DNA of 64,000 nucleotides from Stylophora pistillata (Eukaryota): NCBI RefSeq assembly GCF_002571385.2, contig NW_019218100.1, positions 103,445 to 167,444 of the forward strand, read 5' to 3'. Shown piece by piece: positions 34,587 to 47,502 of this stretch (position 1 is its first letter; each line of letters starts with the position of its first letter). The notes under the pieces were generated by a model. It saw only the letters and a program-made list of their open reading frames with translations, ran no database searches and was not told where the DNA came from. The position numbers and the translations under genes were made by a program.

Positions 34587-36129
34587 TTCGCAACAACGCT
34601 CTCATCAGCTTAAATTGTGTCTTGTAACTTATCACAATTTCCGCTGTTAAATTTCGAGCAAACTGAAACAAATCCCTTTAATTTAACTGTTTTGACTCTC
34701 CATCGTGAATTTTGGAGAAAAGTTGACATCGACGCACCCCGGCCTGTAGGAAGTATCGTTAATATATTCGTCCACNTCCAACGCAACAGATTGCTTACCG
34801 ACTCAAAAAAGAAAACTAAAAAGAAACGAGGAGTCGTAGTGATGAGTTTCGTTTCTTTTTTTTTCTTTATAAATCTTAGCGTGGTCGATAGCGGAAATCT
34901 GAATAAACCGTCCCTCCTGAACTTGAAATGTCATACCGAGGGTCGACTTGCAAGGCACTTAGAAAATAAGCCGCAAGTGGTTACGAAGAAGGGTTGAAAA
35001 TGTTGTCGATTCGACTCGGATCGAGCAAGACATCTCAGTTGAAGTCGACCATAAAGCCGATTTGCAAGACAATGACAGAACATTCTGGACGTGACTTCGA
35101 AGGAGAGATGAAATTGTTGTCGAATCAGACGATTCTTCGTGCGAACAATGTCGATTCTTCAACGTTTCCTACCCCTTTTTAACGTTCTAGAACGAGGAAG
35201 GTGTAACTTTTGTTAAGTTAAAGATTATGTTTGGTTAGACATTAGTGACGCGTAAGATCAAAAAATGTCATCAATAGTACCGCGTGCGTTGTTGCTTGAG
35301 AGAGATTGATTACGAAAGAATTATCTGCGAAGTCTTAACTTAGAATTACTGCGTTCATTTGCGACTTCTAATTAGGCGTACAGAGAAGACAATCGGTAAG
35401 CGTATTTTTCACTCCCCTTGTTGTTTTCGTTTTATTATATGGTCGATTATTGTTAAGTTTTTGTGCGCTAGTCTTTTCTTGTATTGTTATGTAATAATTA
35501 TTGCTTTAGCTTAGCTCCGTGTAATGTCGCTTAGACTAGGTTTTCTTGCTTGTATTTTAGTTTGACGTATTTGACAGCAGAATATTATTCCGCATTAAAT
35601 CGCATTGGTATCACAGTCATATGTGTCTGGTGTCGAAATTCAGTGCTTCGATGTCCTCGTGAGAACTTTGAAATGCGACGTTCCTTCGCTGTTAAACGCC
35701 TGCATTTACAGAAGGCTCATCTATATTGTCTACAACCTTGTGCCAATGGACTTCCGGCCGTCTCACGTTTTAAGAACGAGGAAGGTTCCTGTCATTTTAT
35801 CATTCTATTAAATTTCTCGCAACGTTCGCCCTTTCGACTTCCGTTAAGTTAACGCACAATCCGACTTCAGGTGAGTCGATTCGTCAACGACCGTGGACCA
35901 ATCGAGTTAGATTGGGTGAAGGCTAAACCGGAAGTCTTCTCCTGCGAATCGGCTTCCGGCTGTTTCGTTCTTCAAGAACGAGGAAGTTTCCCATTTCCAT
36001 TGGTTCATTCGTCAACTATTGTAGACGGATCGAGTCAGATTGTGTGTCTTGGACATGTATGGAGGAGGCGGCTTTTTGTTTTTTTGCCACTTTTTTTTCT
36101 GGCAACCTAGAGCCTGGATACGCTTTGAC

Positions 36130-36185
36130 ATAGTTAATCGAGGGATTAACTATGGCTATAGTTAATCGAGGGATTAACTATGGCT
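36130..36185. repeat. Perfect 28-bp tandem duplication; each unit is a 10-bp hairpin
   Basis: (ATAGTTAATC-GAGG-GATTAACTAT-GGCT)x2. Confidence 0.9.
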
Positions 36186-36398
36186 TTGATAATCAACGAA
36201 GAGTCTCACCTGCTCTGCGCACGTGCAGATGTTATTTAGCTTGTTTACCTCCGTTTATAAATATAAACGCCTGCACAACGCCTGCGCTGTGTTTGAGGTA
36301 ATTTTTAAATGTCATGCGCATTGTGAACCGGCGACTGAAACGTGTCCTTTAAAAATCTATTAACATTGGGAAAGAGTTGCAAATCTCTGCGATCATAG

Positions 36399-37184
<786 letters not shown>

Positions 37185-39151
37185 GAGTCTGCCACAGAGC
37201 TCTTGCTAATAATAATTATAAAACTTTGTGTAGCCCCCACTCCCCCCCCTCCTTTCCTTGCTAAGAGACAAACTGAAAAACTGTGTTGCATACCAGAGAA
37301 TTTCTTTAAGGGGGCAATTGAAATATTCTTATACTTTGAACTTAACTTGCAGACCAGTGTCAACACATGCAACTACATTTAACCCTTCAGCTCCCAACCT
37401 CAGAAAGTAAATTCTCTTACCTGTGGACTTTACACTTCTGTTGGCTAATTGTCTGAATATTTAGTACAGGAATATATCCAGACACATTCTAGGTATTTAT
37501 CTCAGTTTTATCAAATCTGTTTACCTTACTGTTTATATTAAATTTGTAAGGTGAAGTTGTTGTAGTTATTCTTCTTGGGTCAAAGGCTCGTGGACAAATT
37601 GTCATTTTGACATTGGAACAATAGTAGACTGTCAGATCAAGTGAATTCTGGAACTCAAATGATATTGTCCCTCTAGACTGCTTGACCAAAAACTGCAGTT
37701 TGTGAATGCGTTTGCACAAAATCCTAGAAAAAAATAGCAATTTGCCCATGTGATAATTATGTGTAGCTAATTAAATCAATTATCTAAGTATTTTGTCTAC
37801 AATTCTTCTTTACAAAGCTGAATCTAAAAAGTCTACCAAAGTGAATTTAGAGGAAAGGTTACCAAAAATCTTAAAATGGCATCAAAGTTCTTCTAAGATG
37901 GATTAGATACTTTGCATGTGGCAAGAAGAATGCAGTCTGCAATGCTTAGGTCTACTAATTTCATGCACAAAGTGTGAGCAATAACACGTTCTCACCAGTG
38001 ACTCAATTGCTGTTTAATCCTTTAACTTCCAAGATCAGATTGTCAATTCTCCCCTCTAACTGCGACACATTTCCTTGTAAATTATTTATGAGAGTTTGAT
38101 GTTAGATCAAGATAACTTTCACCTGATAAGTTTGAGTATTCTCATTACCTGTTTGCTTGATAATCTACATTTTGTATAGATAATATGGGGAGAAGTTGCA
38201 TGTTGATCACTTCAGGAAGTTAAAAAAATGTTACAGCAAGTCTACAATTTAATTGTCCCATAATGTCTGAGTGGCATGAATTAGCCTAATTTTCGTTACA
38301 AACTGGATAAATTTTTAAGGGGTTTACAGACACCCTTGAGGCCCTGGATAGCAGTACATACTTCAAGTTAGTGATTTTAAAGGAAGGGAAAGCAAAATAT
38401 TTCAACTTGTGAAATTTAAGATGGAATGGAATGAACAGACATACTGATAACTGCATCATTTGAAGACCATGTTTTAATCACAAGTTGGATCTAAAACTAC
38501 TGGGGTCAATGTTATGAGTTCTGTTAGCTTTTATTCAAAAGTGCTATGTCTAGCGAAAAACCTAGTTCTCAGATTTTAATGTCAAGCTCAATCTATGTGA
38601 ACTTTGAGTTTTCTTGCAGGGATTTTTACAGGTCTTGGCACTGTATTCATTTTAGCAAAATGTTTATGTAGCTGAAAAAGTATTGAAAGATTTGCCTTGC
38701 ATGTTACTTCACATTTTGTGCCATTGTGAATGTTAGTGAACTCAGCTTATGTCTGTATTTGTTGCTAGTGTATTTTTGCAAAAAGAACATTATTTGTGTC
38801 CAGAATTGCTTCTACGCACTGTAAAGAGAATTTTAATTGAAGTAATAGATATACATGTATATCAAAATCTGCAATTCAGTAGAACGAATACTCAATGCAG
38901 TTCAGGGAATAGTATATATTAAATATTCTGTAGATGACAATTGAGAACATTTTTCATAAATAATGTCTATCTCAAATTGTAAGAATGTGATAAGCAATGC
39001 TTTTCTGTAATAAGTTGTGAAAGGTGAAGGTACAAGAACAGATAGCTAGAAATATGGGCCTGTGGTTGCGTGGAATTATGGAACAACATTGATCAGTGAA
39101 AATAGTGCTATGTTTATGCGTTGCTGTTTCCAACCAAGCAAACTAATTTTG

Positions 39152-39488
39152 CGTATAATACATGATCCTCGCAGTAGAGAGCACTATTTATGCAATAGCG
39201 AAAATCAGACCTGAAAAAAATCAGGCCTCATATATTCATTGTATCTGATTTATCATCACGGGTTTATTACGAATCAACTTAACGACCTGCTCCCAGTTGG
39301 CTTGTTAGCTCAATTCGTAGAGCGCTGCACTAGTATTGCAGAGGTCAGTGGTTCGAATCTCGTACAGGCCTGATTTTTTTCAGGTCTGATTTTTGCATTT
39401 GCATAAATAGCGCTCTCTACTGCGAGGATCGTGCATTACACATATCTAATACTGCAGTTCAAAATATATGAACCTCATATATTCATTG
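39152..39488 (+). mobile_element. tRNA-containing retroposon with 5' inverted duplication and 12-bp TSD
   Basis: TSD AAACTAATTTTG at 39140-39151 and 39489-39500. 39164-39227 is inverted relative to 39366-39430. tRNA-like cloverleaf at 39299-39371 (GGCTTGT/ACAGGCC acceptor stem, CTGCA-CTAGTAT-TGCAG anticodon arm, GGTTCGAATC). Confidence 0.75.
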
Positions 39489-40384
39489 AAACTAATTTTG
39501 GGTTGTCCTCATTAGCTTGCACCAAGATTTGATAGCTATGAACAGCAGGTTGTCTGAGTTTAGCAAGTCCAGTGTTTATTGTACCCCTTTATCTGTTGTA
39601 GGAGGCATTTCTGAAATTGCAATTTCTGGAGGAAATGAAAAGACATCGAAACCATTTGATCATAAAAATCATTTACTCTGGGACTACATTGTATGAGGTT
39701 GATTAACTACAATTCTTTGTTTGCATATGAGCATTAATTCACTTATACTGCCCTCATTTTTTGCATGGCTTATGTACACTTGTCCACTTTCTTCAGTTAT
39801 GGTATTGAAAACCAAAAGTGCAATCAGACATCAGCATTTTCACCCGAGTAGCAGTATGCACATTCTCCTTGCAGTTAAAAGGGGAATTTGCTTAATAAAT
39901 GAAGAGCTTTTTGATCTTGCAACAATTGCCTTCAGTATACATCAGTCACACAAGTGAATAGTGCTTGTTGTGCATGCTCACTGTTTAGTTTGGAAGAGTA
40001 TAGCAAGTATTATTCATCCCCGAGTAGGCAATGAGACAAACTCATGCATTAATGAAAGAAATTGAGTTTTTGGTAACTGAGTGGTAAGTACTAAAACAAT
40101 TATTCACCTCAGTGTTAGTAAAAGTGGTGGATATTTACCTCACCGGTTTGTGGTTCAGTAGATATCAGCCACTATTCTTCTCCACTCTGGTAAGTAATTA
40201 ATTCTTTCCATGATCTCATGCTTGAGTAAGGGGTGACACTTTTGGGAGAGATCAGATGCTTAGCACTCAGAGGTTAAAGGGTAAGATAATGGCGCTGAGT
40301 GACTTCACCTCCAAAGTCTATGATCAAAGGTGCCTGCGACTAGGAGAGAATCTTGAGTCTTGAGTGTGACTTGCAAATCAAGAA

Positions 40385-40680
40385 GCCAGTACTCAAGCCC
40401 ACCCGGTTGGAGCTTCTCCAGGTTTTCTCAGCATGGAGTATTACTAATCCCCCCTGGATGCGATGCTCATCCACTGCATCGTTACCCCCCACAGCATCTC
40501 TCTAGGCTTCCCTGACAAGTCACCAGTATACCAGTATCCATTTGTACTCCTGGGGGGGGGGGGAGGAGGTTGTGGGGGAGAGGCTCTGTGAGAGGGAACA
40601 AGAACACAGCACATTGACCCACCGAGGTCACAATATGGATCTCCACCCAGAGTCCAGTGCACAGACCATAAGGCCACTCT
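40385..40680 (-). mobile_element. tRNA-derived SINE (CORE-like), degenerate
   Basis: Minus strand GTGGCCTTATGGTCTGTGCACTGGACTC head, TGTGTTCTTG, CCCAGGAGTACAAATGGATACTGG, GCATCGCATCCAGGGGG. Confidence 0.5.
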
Positions 40681-40959
40681 GTCATAATTGTATTTGCAAG
40701 TTGTTTCTTTTCTTTTTCCTGTGTATATGAAGCAGAGTTGTCATTAGACTTTAAAATACATGTGAAATATATACTGAGGCAAACAAGAGCAAAAGTCAAT
40801 TTCAAGTTGCAGTTTTTATCATGTCTGAGAGGAAACAGCAACAAAGTCATTTTGGAAGGAAAATTTTCAACTTGTAGTATTCTGTTTAATCACCTTTCAC
40901 ATCATTTTTCATGTTAATTATTTTGTAAATTTTACACACTATCATTATCATTTACTGAT

Positions 40960-41155
40960 AAAGTTTTCAACATGACTATTATAATTGTTATCTTCATTAT
41001 TTTTATTACTATTATCATTATCATCATCTCTGTGATAACTGTTATTAGTATTGTTACATTATCATCATTATTATAATTATCATCATTTTTTTATCATCAT
41101 TATTATCTTTATTATTAACATTGTCATCAATATTATTATTATCATTATTATAAAT
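40960..41155. repeat. Low-complexity (ATT/ATC)n microsatellite
   Basis: Directly visible. Confidence 0.8.
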
Positions 41156-41285
41156 TAATCACAACTTTGCTAAATCCAAATCCTATCTAATAATAACCCT
41201 AAAAATTATATTCATTTTAAACCTGCATAGCTAAAGCAGAATCTAAAGTCAACTGGTAAAATTATCAACAAAAAATGCAACCATT

Positions 41286-41445
41286 CACTGAATCGAAATA
41301 TTGCGTCCAATTTGAATTACCATTGTTTTAGACTTACTAGCCTCGTCTTCACGTGGAAACACAAAAGGATTATCACATGTATGAGAGGCTAGTAAGTCCA
41401 GAACAATGGCAATTCAAATTGGACGCTATATTTCGATTCGGTGTA
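41286..41445. mobile_element. Palindromic MITE
   Basis: CACTGAATCGAAATATTGCGTCCAATTTGAATTACCATTGTTTTAGACTTACTAGCCTC / GAGGCTAGTAAGTCCAGAACAATGGCAATTCAAATTGGACGCTATATTTCGATTCGGTG. Confidence 0.7.
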
Positions 41446-42479
41446 TTTGGAGGATGTTATAAAAACTATTTTTATCATTACCGTTATTATTTTTCATTAT
41501 TATTAGTAAATGTCAATTTCTCTTTGTGGATAGAGAAGCATTCTTTTCAGTTTGGTTTCATTTTCTTGGAATTTTCTGTAATGCCTTTTTTGGCCCATGC
41601 AATGTTGTCTTAAACTTCTTTGCCATTTGTGGAACCCATTTTGGGGCCAGATAACCTCCTATATATGCACCTTCAGAGCTTTCCGCTCTGTACCTAAAAT
41701 GATGAAAAATTCAGCGTCATCTTCCCTTTGAAGGGTAAACCGAATATCCTCCTATAATGGAGTCCACTTTGTTTTGGGGATTATTAGTTGAAGATTCACT
41801 GAACCTGCAAAGACAACCTGTGTATTTCTCACAGGAAAGGTGATTATTATACATCAATTTCATTTACTTTTAATATCTTCAAAGACATTTCAATTATTTA
41901 TCTATTCAAAATTTTTAACATTTTGCTAGGGGTTAAAGTATAAACAAAAACCTCAAATAATTATTTGACAAGCGAATAGCTTTTTCGACTGTAGAAGAAC
42001 AAATAACTTTTATGAAAAAATCTAAAAGCATGTTTCAGCGCCAGATGGTGGCAATTGTGTCATTTGCATTTTTGAGAGACTTCTCAGAACATGGAACCAC
42101 AACAGCCTACCGTTGCAAAGTGATTTTGGCCTTTCAGAAAAAACAAGTTTGTCTTCCCTTTTGCAACAAAGCAAAACGTACCACTACTTTGAATCAACCT
42201 TAAAAGAAGACTTGAATTTGAAATAGAGGAATTAATACCAATTTTCAACATTTTTTCTGCAGGAGAATATTCGGTCACGTGATCCACGGACCCTCTCTAC
42301 TCTTTCCCTTCGTCCGTCAGAGGCGTCTTCGTCTTAGTTGATAAAATGAACTAAATTATCTAAGCAATGGCACTTCAGAGAGTACTCAAGTTTTCCCCCA
42401 ATTGTTCCTTCACGAGGACTTCGACGACGATTTCTTGAAAATGGGATTTCACTTATTGGAATATCTGACTTATGCCAGT

Positions 42480-43673
42480 TTACAAGTTAGGTTCGTTAAC
42501 TTCAAGTACGGTCGGAATCGTTGGTGATGACGAGCGGGCTTCTTCATGTGGAAATTCTTGCTGAACTTTTCCCAAACGCCTCGACTGAGCTGAACCAATC
42601 CTCGGAAGAGTTGGCGAATCAATGCGCCTTTCAGAATTGTCAAATTTCGTTAGATCTGTGAAAGATAGGGAACGTCGGAAATTCGGAAACGGAAATGGAT
42701 GGGGAACGTTCTTGTTAGCCAGTACAGAATTGCGCTTCAGAAGTTTTGCAGTGGTAACTCCTTTAAAAAAATTCCGACTCGTTGGTAAATCAGTGTTCTT
42801 TCTTGTCCTTGTATCACCATTCCTCTGTTCTTCAGATAAGTCCGATGCTGTATCAATCTGCTTGGTTTTTTTTCTGAGTTTGAATGAAGCTGTTAGTTGC
42901 CATTCGTAGACTTGATATACCTGTCGAAGTTGATCTTTGTACGTTCTTTGCCCCTTCCTGCAACCAAGATCTTGTTCACAAGCTTTCTTGCCAAAACATT
43001 GACTTTGCCTCGTTTGAGGGTTATCTTCTACAAGTGCCCCGCACATGTTGCCCTTGCTCAGACCATTATAGGTTGAATTGTCATTTGTCAACAAAACACT
43101 TTCCTGAATTCCCTTCGTTTTAGCCCATTCCAGCGCCGTTCTCTTGTGATTCCAGTCTCTGCTATTGAGGCAGGCATTGCCTTCTGTTATAAGATACTTG
43201 GCAGTGATGACATCTCCGTTGATACACGCTTGCATAAGTGGTGTAAATCCTTGAGTATTTGGCACATTCACACTGAGTTGAAACTTCTTAAGTGCTAAAA
43301 CAATTGCGCTCAAGATCTTCAAATTTCCAACGTCTGCTGCATAAAATAGCGCAGTGTTTCCTTTCTTGTCTCTGGAATTAAGATCAAAATTTCCGTTCTC
43401 GTCCAAAAATAAAGCAACCAAACTTTCTTTCTGTCTTTTCACTGCCGTAGAAAATGCTGTTAAACCCTCGTTGTCCGTTATATCAACTTTTGCTCCTCCT
43501 TTTAACAAACGCACAGCGATCGCTACTGCCAAGGACTCCGGCTCAAGAAAACACAGTTGAATTAATGCTGTTTTTCCCTCACTGTCCTTCAAATTCAAAT
43601 TTGTTCCCAGATCGATCAGGAAACGAACTTGTTTGAAACGACGCTCGGAAATCGCTTTATTCAAAGCGGCCAT
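42480..43673 (-). CDS. Ankyrin-repeat protein (ANKRD63/ANKRD34-like), intronless, with disordered C-terminal half
   Basis: 397 aa from ATG 43673; ankyrin motifs GKTALIQLC, GLTAFSTAV, GNTALFYAA, GFTPLMQAC and RTALEWA. Confidence 0.85.
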   Translation of the reverse strand: MAALNKAISERRFKQVRFLIDLGTNLNLKDSEGKTALIQLCFLEPESLAVAIAVRLLKGGAKVDITDNEGLTAFSTAVKRQKESLVALFLDENGNFDLNSRDKKGNTALFYAADVGNLKILSAIVLALKKFQLSVNVPNTQGFTPLMQACINGDVITAKYLITEGNACLNSRDWNHKRTALEWAKTKGIQESVLLTNDNSTYNGLSKGNMCGALVEDNPQTRQSQCFGKKACEQDLGCRKGQRTYKDQLRQVYQVYEWQLTASFKLRKKTKQIDTASDLSEEQRNGDTRTRKNTDLPTSRNFFKGVTTAKLLKRNSVLANKNVPHPFPFPNFRRSLSFTDLTKFDNSERRIDSPTLPRIGSAQSRRLGKVQQEFPHEEARSSSPTIPTVLEVNEPNL

Positions 43674-46374
43674 TTTCAGCACTAGCTAGTTGGGTTATCT
43701 GAGACGGAAGTTCAACTGTTCCTAAAAGTGTTTTTCTTTCCTAAAAGTGTATAACATATCAATTCTCCGGCGGCGCAAGACTTCCACTATTTTATTAAGC
43801 TTTACAGCAGCTGTTAAGTCCCACATAGTGAAAATACTTTAAATTGAAAGTAAACTGATATGAAAATGATCTCTGAGAATCTTCGTAGAGAAAAAAAAAT
43901 TGGCATTTGAGTTAAGTTCCTTTCCTTTTTATTTCTAAACTCAACTATATCATTTAGACGCGTATTCTGTATTCTGTGAGTTGTTGTTTTAGTAAAACCA
44001 GCGGTGGTTGGATATATAAGCGGGTCATAAAACAAATAACGGAACGAACACCAAAATAAACAATCCCACGTAACGTATAATTTTCAGATTATTGCATATT
44101 GACAAGTAAATATGTTAAAGAGCTCTTTCGCTCGATATGTATTTATCCAACTTATTATGTCTAACAAAGGAAAAGAAGGCAAAGCAATTTAAATTTTACC
44201 CTGTCGTCTCATTTGATAGCACCGGTTTCTTTTTTGATCTTGAACTTTTCATATTTGCATTTTGAAATAATACCATTAGGAAGCCGGAAACCGAAAAGTC
44301 CATTTATATTTAATGGTCTAAGAAAGCTTTAAAAGGCAGGTATTGTTGAACTGTTTAAATTTTTTGATGTTTCAAGTTAGAGTTGCGTTTGAAAAAAAAT
44401 TGGAAAGGGTAATGTGTTTCTTCTGAAGATTAAAACCCAGACACAATGTAGCTGATTCACCCGCTGTGAACAAAAATAGTTTCGCATTTGATATATAAAG
44501 ATTAACTAATTCAAAGGCTTCGAAGTATTCCATATGTAAAGATTAACTAATTCGAAGGCTTCGAAGTATTCGATGAATTAAACACGTAAGCTTTGACGAA
44601 TATAATTACTGACCACTAGTCAGTTGACAGTGCGTTGTCGTGAGACTAGAGTGAATTGTTGTTACGGGAGCTATTTTCGCGGAAGTGTTATCTTTTCCAC
44701 GAATGATAAGTCCCGTAAAGAGTTAAAGAGCTTCACATGAACCAACTTCTTGAGGGAAGTCAGTTGGCGGCCGTCGCTTGAAATCCACTCGATTCTTATG
44801 GTGATTTCTGGAAAAACTTGCAGCGAAAGTTGCCAAATTTGCAACTTCTGTTCAACAGCTTTGTAATATTTTTATTTCGTAGTATCTAGGGTCGTGAATT
44901 TAATTGCTTTAAATATCATGTAACATTGCTCAAATTTTTTCTGTTTCTTTTTTTTTTTTTTTTTTCATTCTCTTGAGTAACAGAAAGACAATTACTTGTA
45001 TTTACTCTATGCTAATGACACTGCGATAAGCTACAGCAGTAAGAAACCAGATTTTACCTTTTTTTTTCCGCAGGCTAAGTGGTGCTTCAAAGGTCTCACT
45101 TTCAAAAAAGGATTAAGCAGTTCAAGGCCAGATAGGTGTTTTAGACAGCGGGAAATATCGGCTAGCATATTATTACTTTAATTTGTCCATTTCCTTGATT
45201 AAGCTTTATCAAACTCTTTACTCTTAAAGGGAAGCAGCATTCTTTTGAGTTAATTCTTCTTTTATAAAAAAAAAAAAAAAATAACAATAACTCTGTGTCA
45301 GAGTATGGAGTGGTATGTTGCTCGCGCAAAAAGGGCACCGCATTGAGGTAAAACAAAATATATGCAGTATGTACATTAGTTCGTACCAATATGTTCACCG
45401 GAGCATTAGGGTATGCTTGCACCAATCAGAGTCTAAGGGTATTGTCCCTCTTAAGCTTGCCAATTATGTCATGGAATTAGGGTGGCAAAAAATGTTGCAA
45501 TGAAATTAACTCAAAATTGACGCACACTAAAAATGACAGACAAAGAACTGCGATTTCATTTAAGCACTTAAATGGTTGATGTCCTTCGTGGGAACCTCTT
45601 TGCTACTCTCTGTTGGGATTAGAAAGGTAGAAATGGAATTTTTATACCATTTAGAGGTGTAAAACCAATACGTAGGGCCCCACTGAGAACTGCCGAGTCG
45701 AGTGAGCTCCCCAGATAAAAATTGATATTTTTTATGATAATGAAATCAATTTTTTCCATTGACTTACTTTTCATGCCCGGCTGTATAGTGCTGCAGGTAA
45801 TTGTTAATTTATTTTTGCTTCAGGACTGTCTCATTTAGTAAACAGAAGCAAAGGAAAATTAAATGCTAAAGAAATTGTGGTTCAAAAAGATTATGGCATC
45901 TTTTTTTGCCGCATTTTCTTCGGCATGAAGCACAGTCTCAAGACACTACGGCTGCATGCGATGTTGCGAAAGAGGTAGAGAGCCAACATGCTGTGCCCAA
46001 TGGAAAGAAATGGATTGGTAATGAGGAGGTAAAATGTTTCATTCCAAGCTCTCAGGGTTTTTAATTGTCTCATCAAGGACTAAGGTACATTATTGTGACT
46101 CAAGTGACTTGAGTCACCGGAGTACTCTGCCACTTCTTTTTCAATCCAATGCTTATCGTGACAACCTCAGTGGTTGATGGTGAGAAAAGCGTTTATGGTA
46201 TTGATTCGAAGCGAAGTTTAGGAATGACATGTGCTGAGTTCCTTATGCTCTTTAAAACGAGCTTGCAGCTTAGGGAACTCAACTGAGTAGGTTTTCTGTT
46301 CTTTTTTTTTTTGTCTGACGCGCGGTGTATGGGAGACAGAAAACAAAAACTATATTAACAATGATAATCATAAT

Positions 46375-46711
46375 AAAAATCAGCTCTACATCAAAAAATG
46401 TTGGGGCAAAACAAGCGAGCCAGACGTTTGATTTGGAATGCAGTTGTCGCTTTGTTTTCAGGCCTTTTAACATCATTGTTGTAATTTATCATTATCAATT
46501 TTGTTTATAGAGGGCCACCAGTGAGAATACTTTTCAAAGTAATTGGTGTCGCCCTCTTAAAATAAAGGCGACTATATATCATCAAGATGCTCGGCAAAAT
46601 TGCAAGAGGACAGGTAAAGATACTAAAAACGTTAATAACCGTAAACGCAGAATAAACACAGGGAGGAACGTTTTCTTTTTTTGGGATGAACAGAAAGACG
46701 ACTGTAACCAT
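46375..46711 (-). pseudogene. GPCR pseudogene fragment (TM1-TM2), paralog of the adjacent receptor
   Basis: SAFTVINVFSIFTCPLAILPSILMI and LKTKRQLHSKSNVWLACFAPTFFDVELI align with AAFATYAALNLLTCPFAIFLNILVI and VKTKRQLRTKSNISLACLATTDFAVGLI of 47503-48459. The two pieces are in separate ORFs with about 100 bp of extra sequence between them. Confidence 0.75.
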
Positions 46712-47502
46712 ATCTAGGTACTAAAATGTTTTCGATGTTGATTTTTAACGTCCTAGTTTTAATTATGCTTTTTTCCATTATTTGATTTTTTTTCTAATTT
46801 AATTATGGCCATACTTTGAGCTGAAGGATTCTCCCCTTGTCTCTCATTTAACCGGAATTTTCTTCCATTACTACAACGAAGCCAATATTAGCTTCTCTCT
46901 CTTTTTTTTTTGAATAATTTCTATTTTACAATATTCACACAACTAGGATTTATACCATACTTGACAGTACTTTAAAAATTACTGACCTATTCATGACATT
47001 AACATTACTCAAAATAGCAAAATTATCTACAATGATAATGGTTGCTACGAATTTCTTTTCTTTGAAGAAAGCGTAGTTTTAATTAATGCATATGCGGAAC
47101 TAGCCAACAATATAAACAGATAATCTATGTTGACAAGCGGAAAATTGCCCTGATGTTGGCTTTTGCTCTTTGAAATAAGAGCTGTTGGCAATGATTTTAA
47201 TGCTAGAGAAAGCTGAGAAATGTTTTATTCTGAGTTCTAACAACTACTAAATTTGGCGATGAAAAAAGTCCATCCGTACTTTTCTTAAAAGTGCTGACGA
47301 AGACAAGCTAACTTTTCCGCAGTCCTAGTTTTTTATCCGAGTAAAACCACATGTGTCAGGTCTCAAGTGGATAAAGACTTCTTGCAAGGGCTTTTCAGTC
47401 TTGGTTTCCTTTGTATCCATGGAGAGAATAGTAAACTTCTATCAAATTTCTTAACTTTTCTCACTTTCTCACTCTTCCCTTTTTTCCGGCTGTGTAATCA
47501 GT

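Noticed and set aside
39299-39371. Functional tRNA-Thr gene
   Set aside because: The D loop lacks GG, the T stem is mismatched, and it lies inside a TSD-flanked repeat; treated as part of a retroposon.
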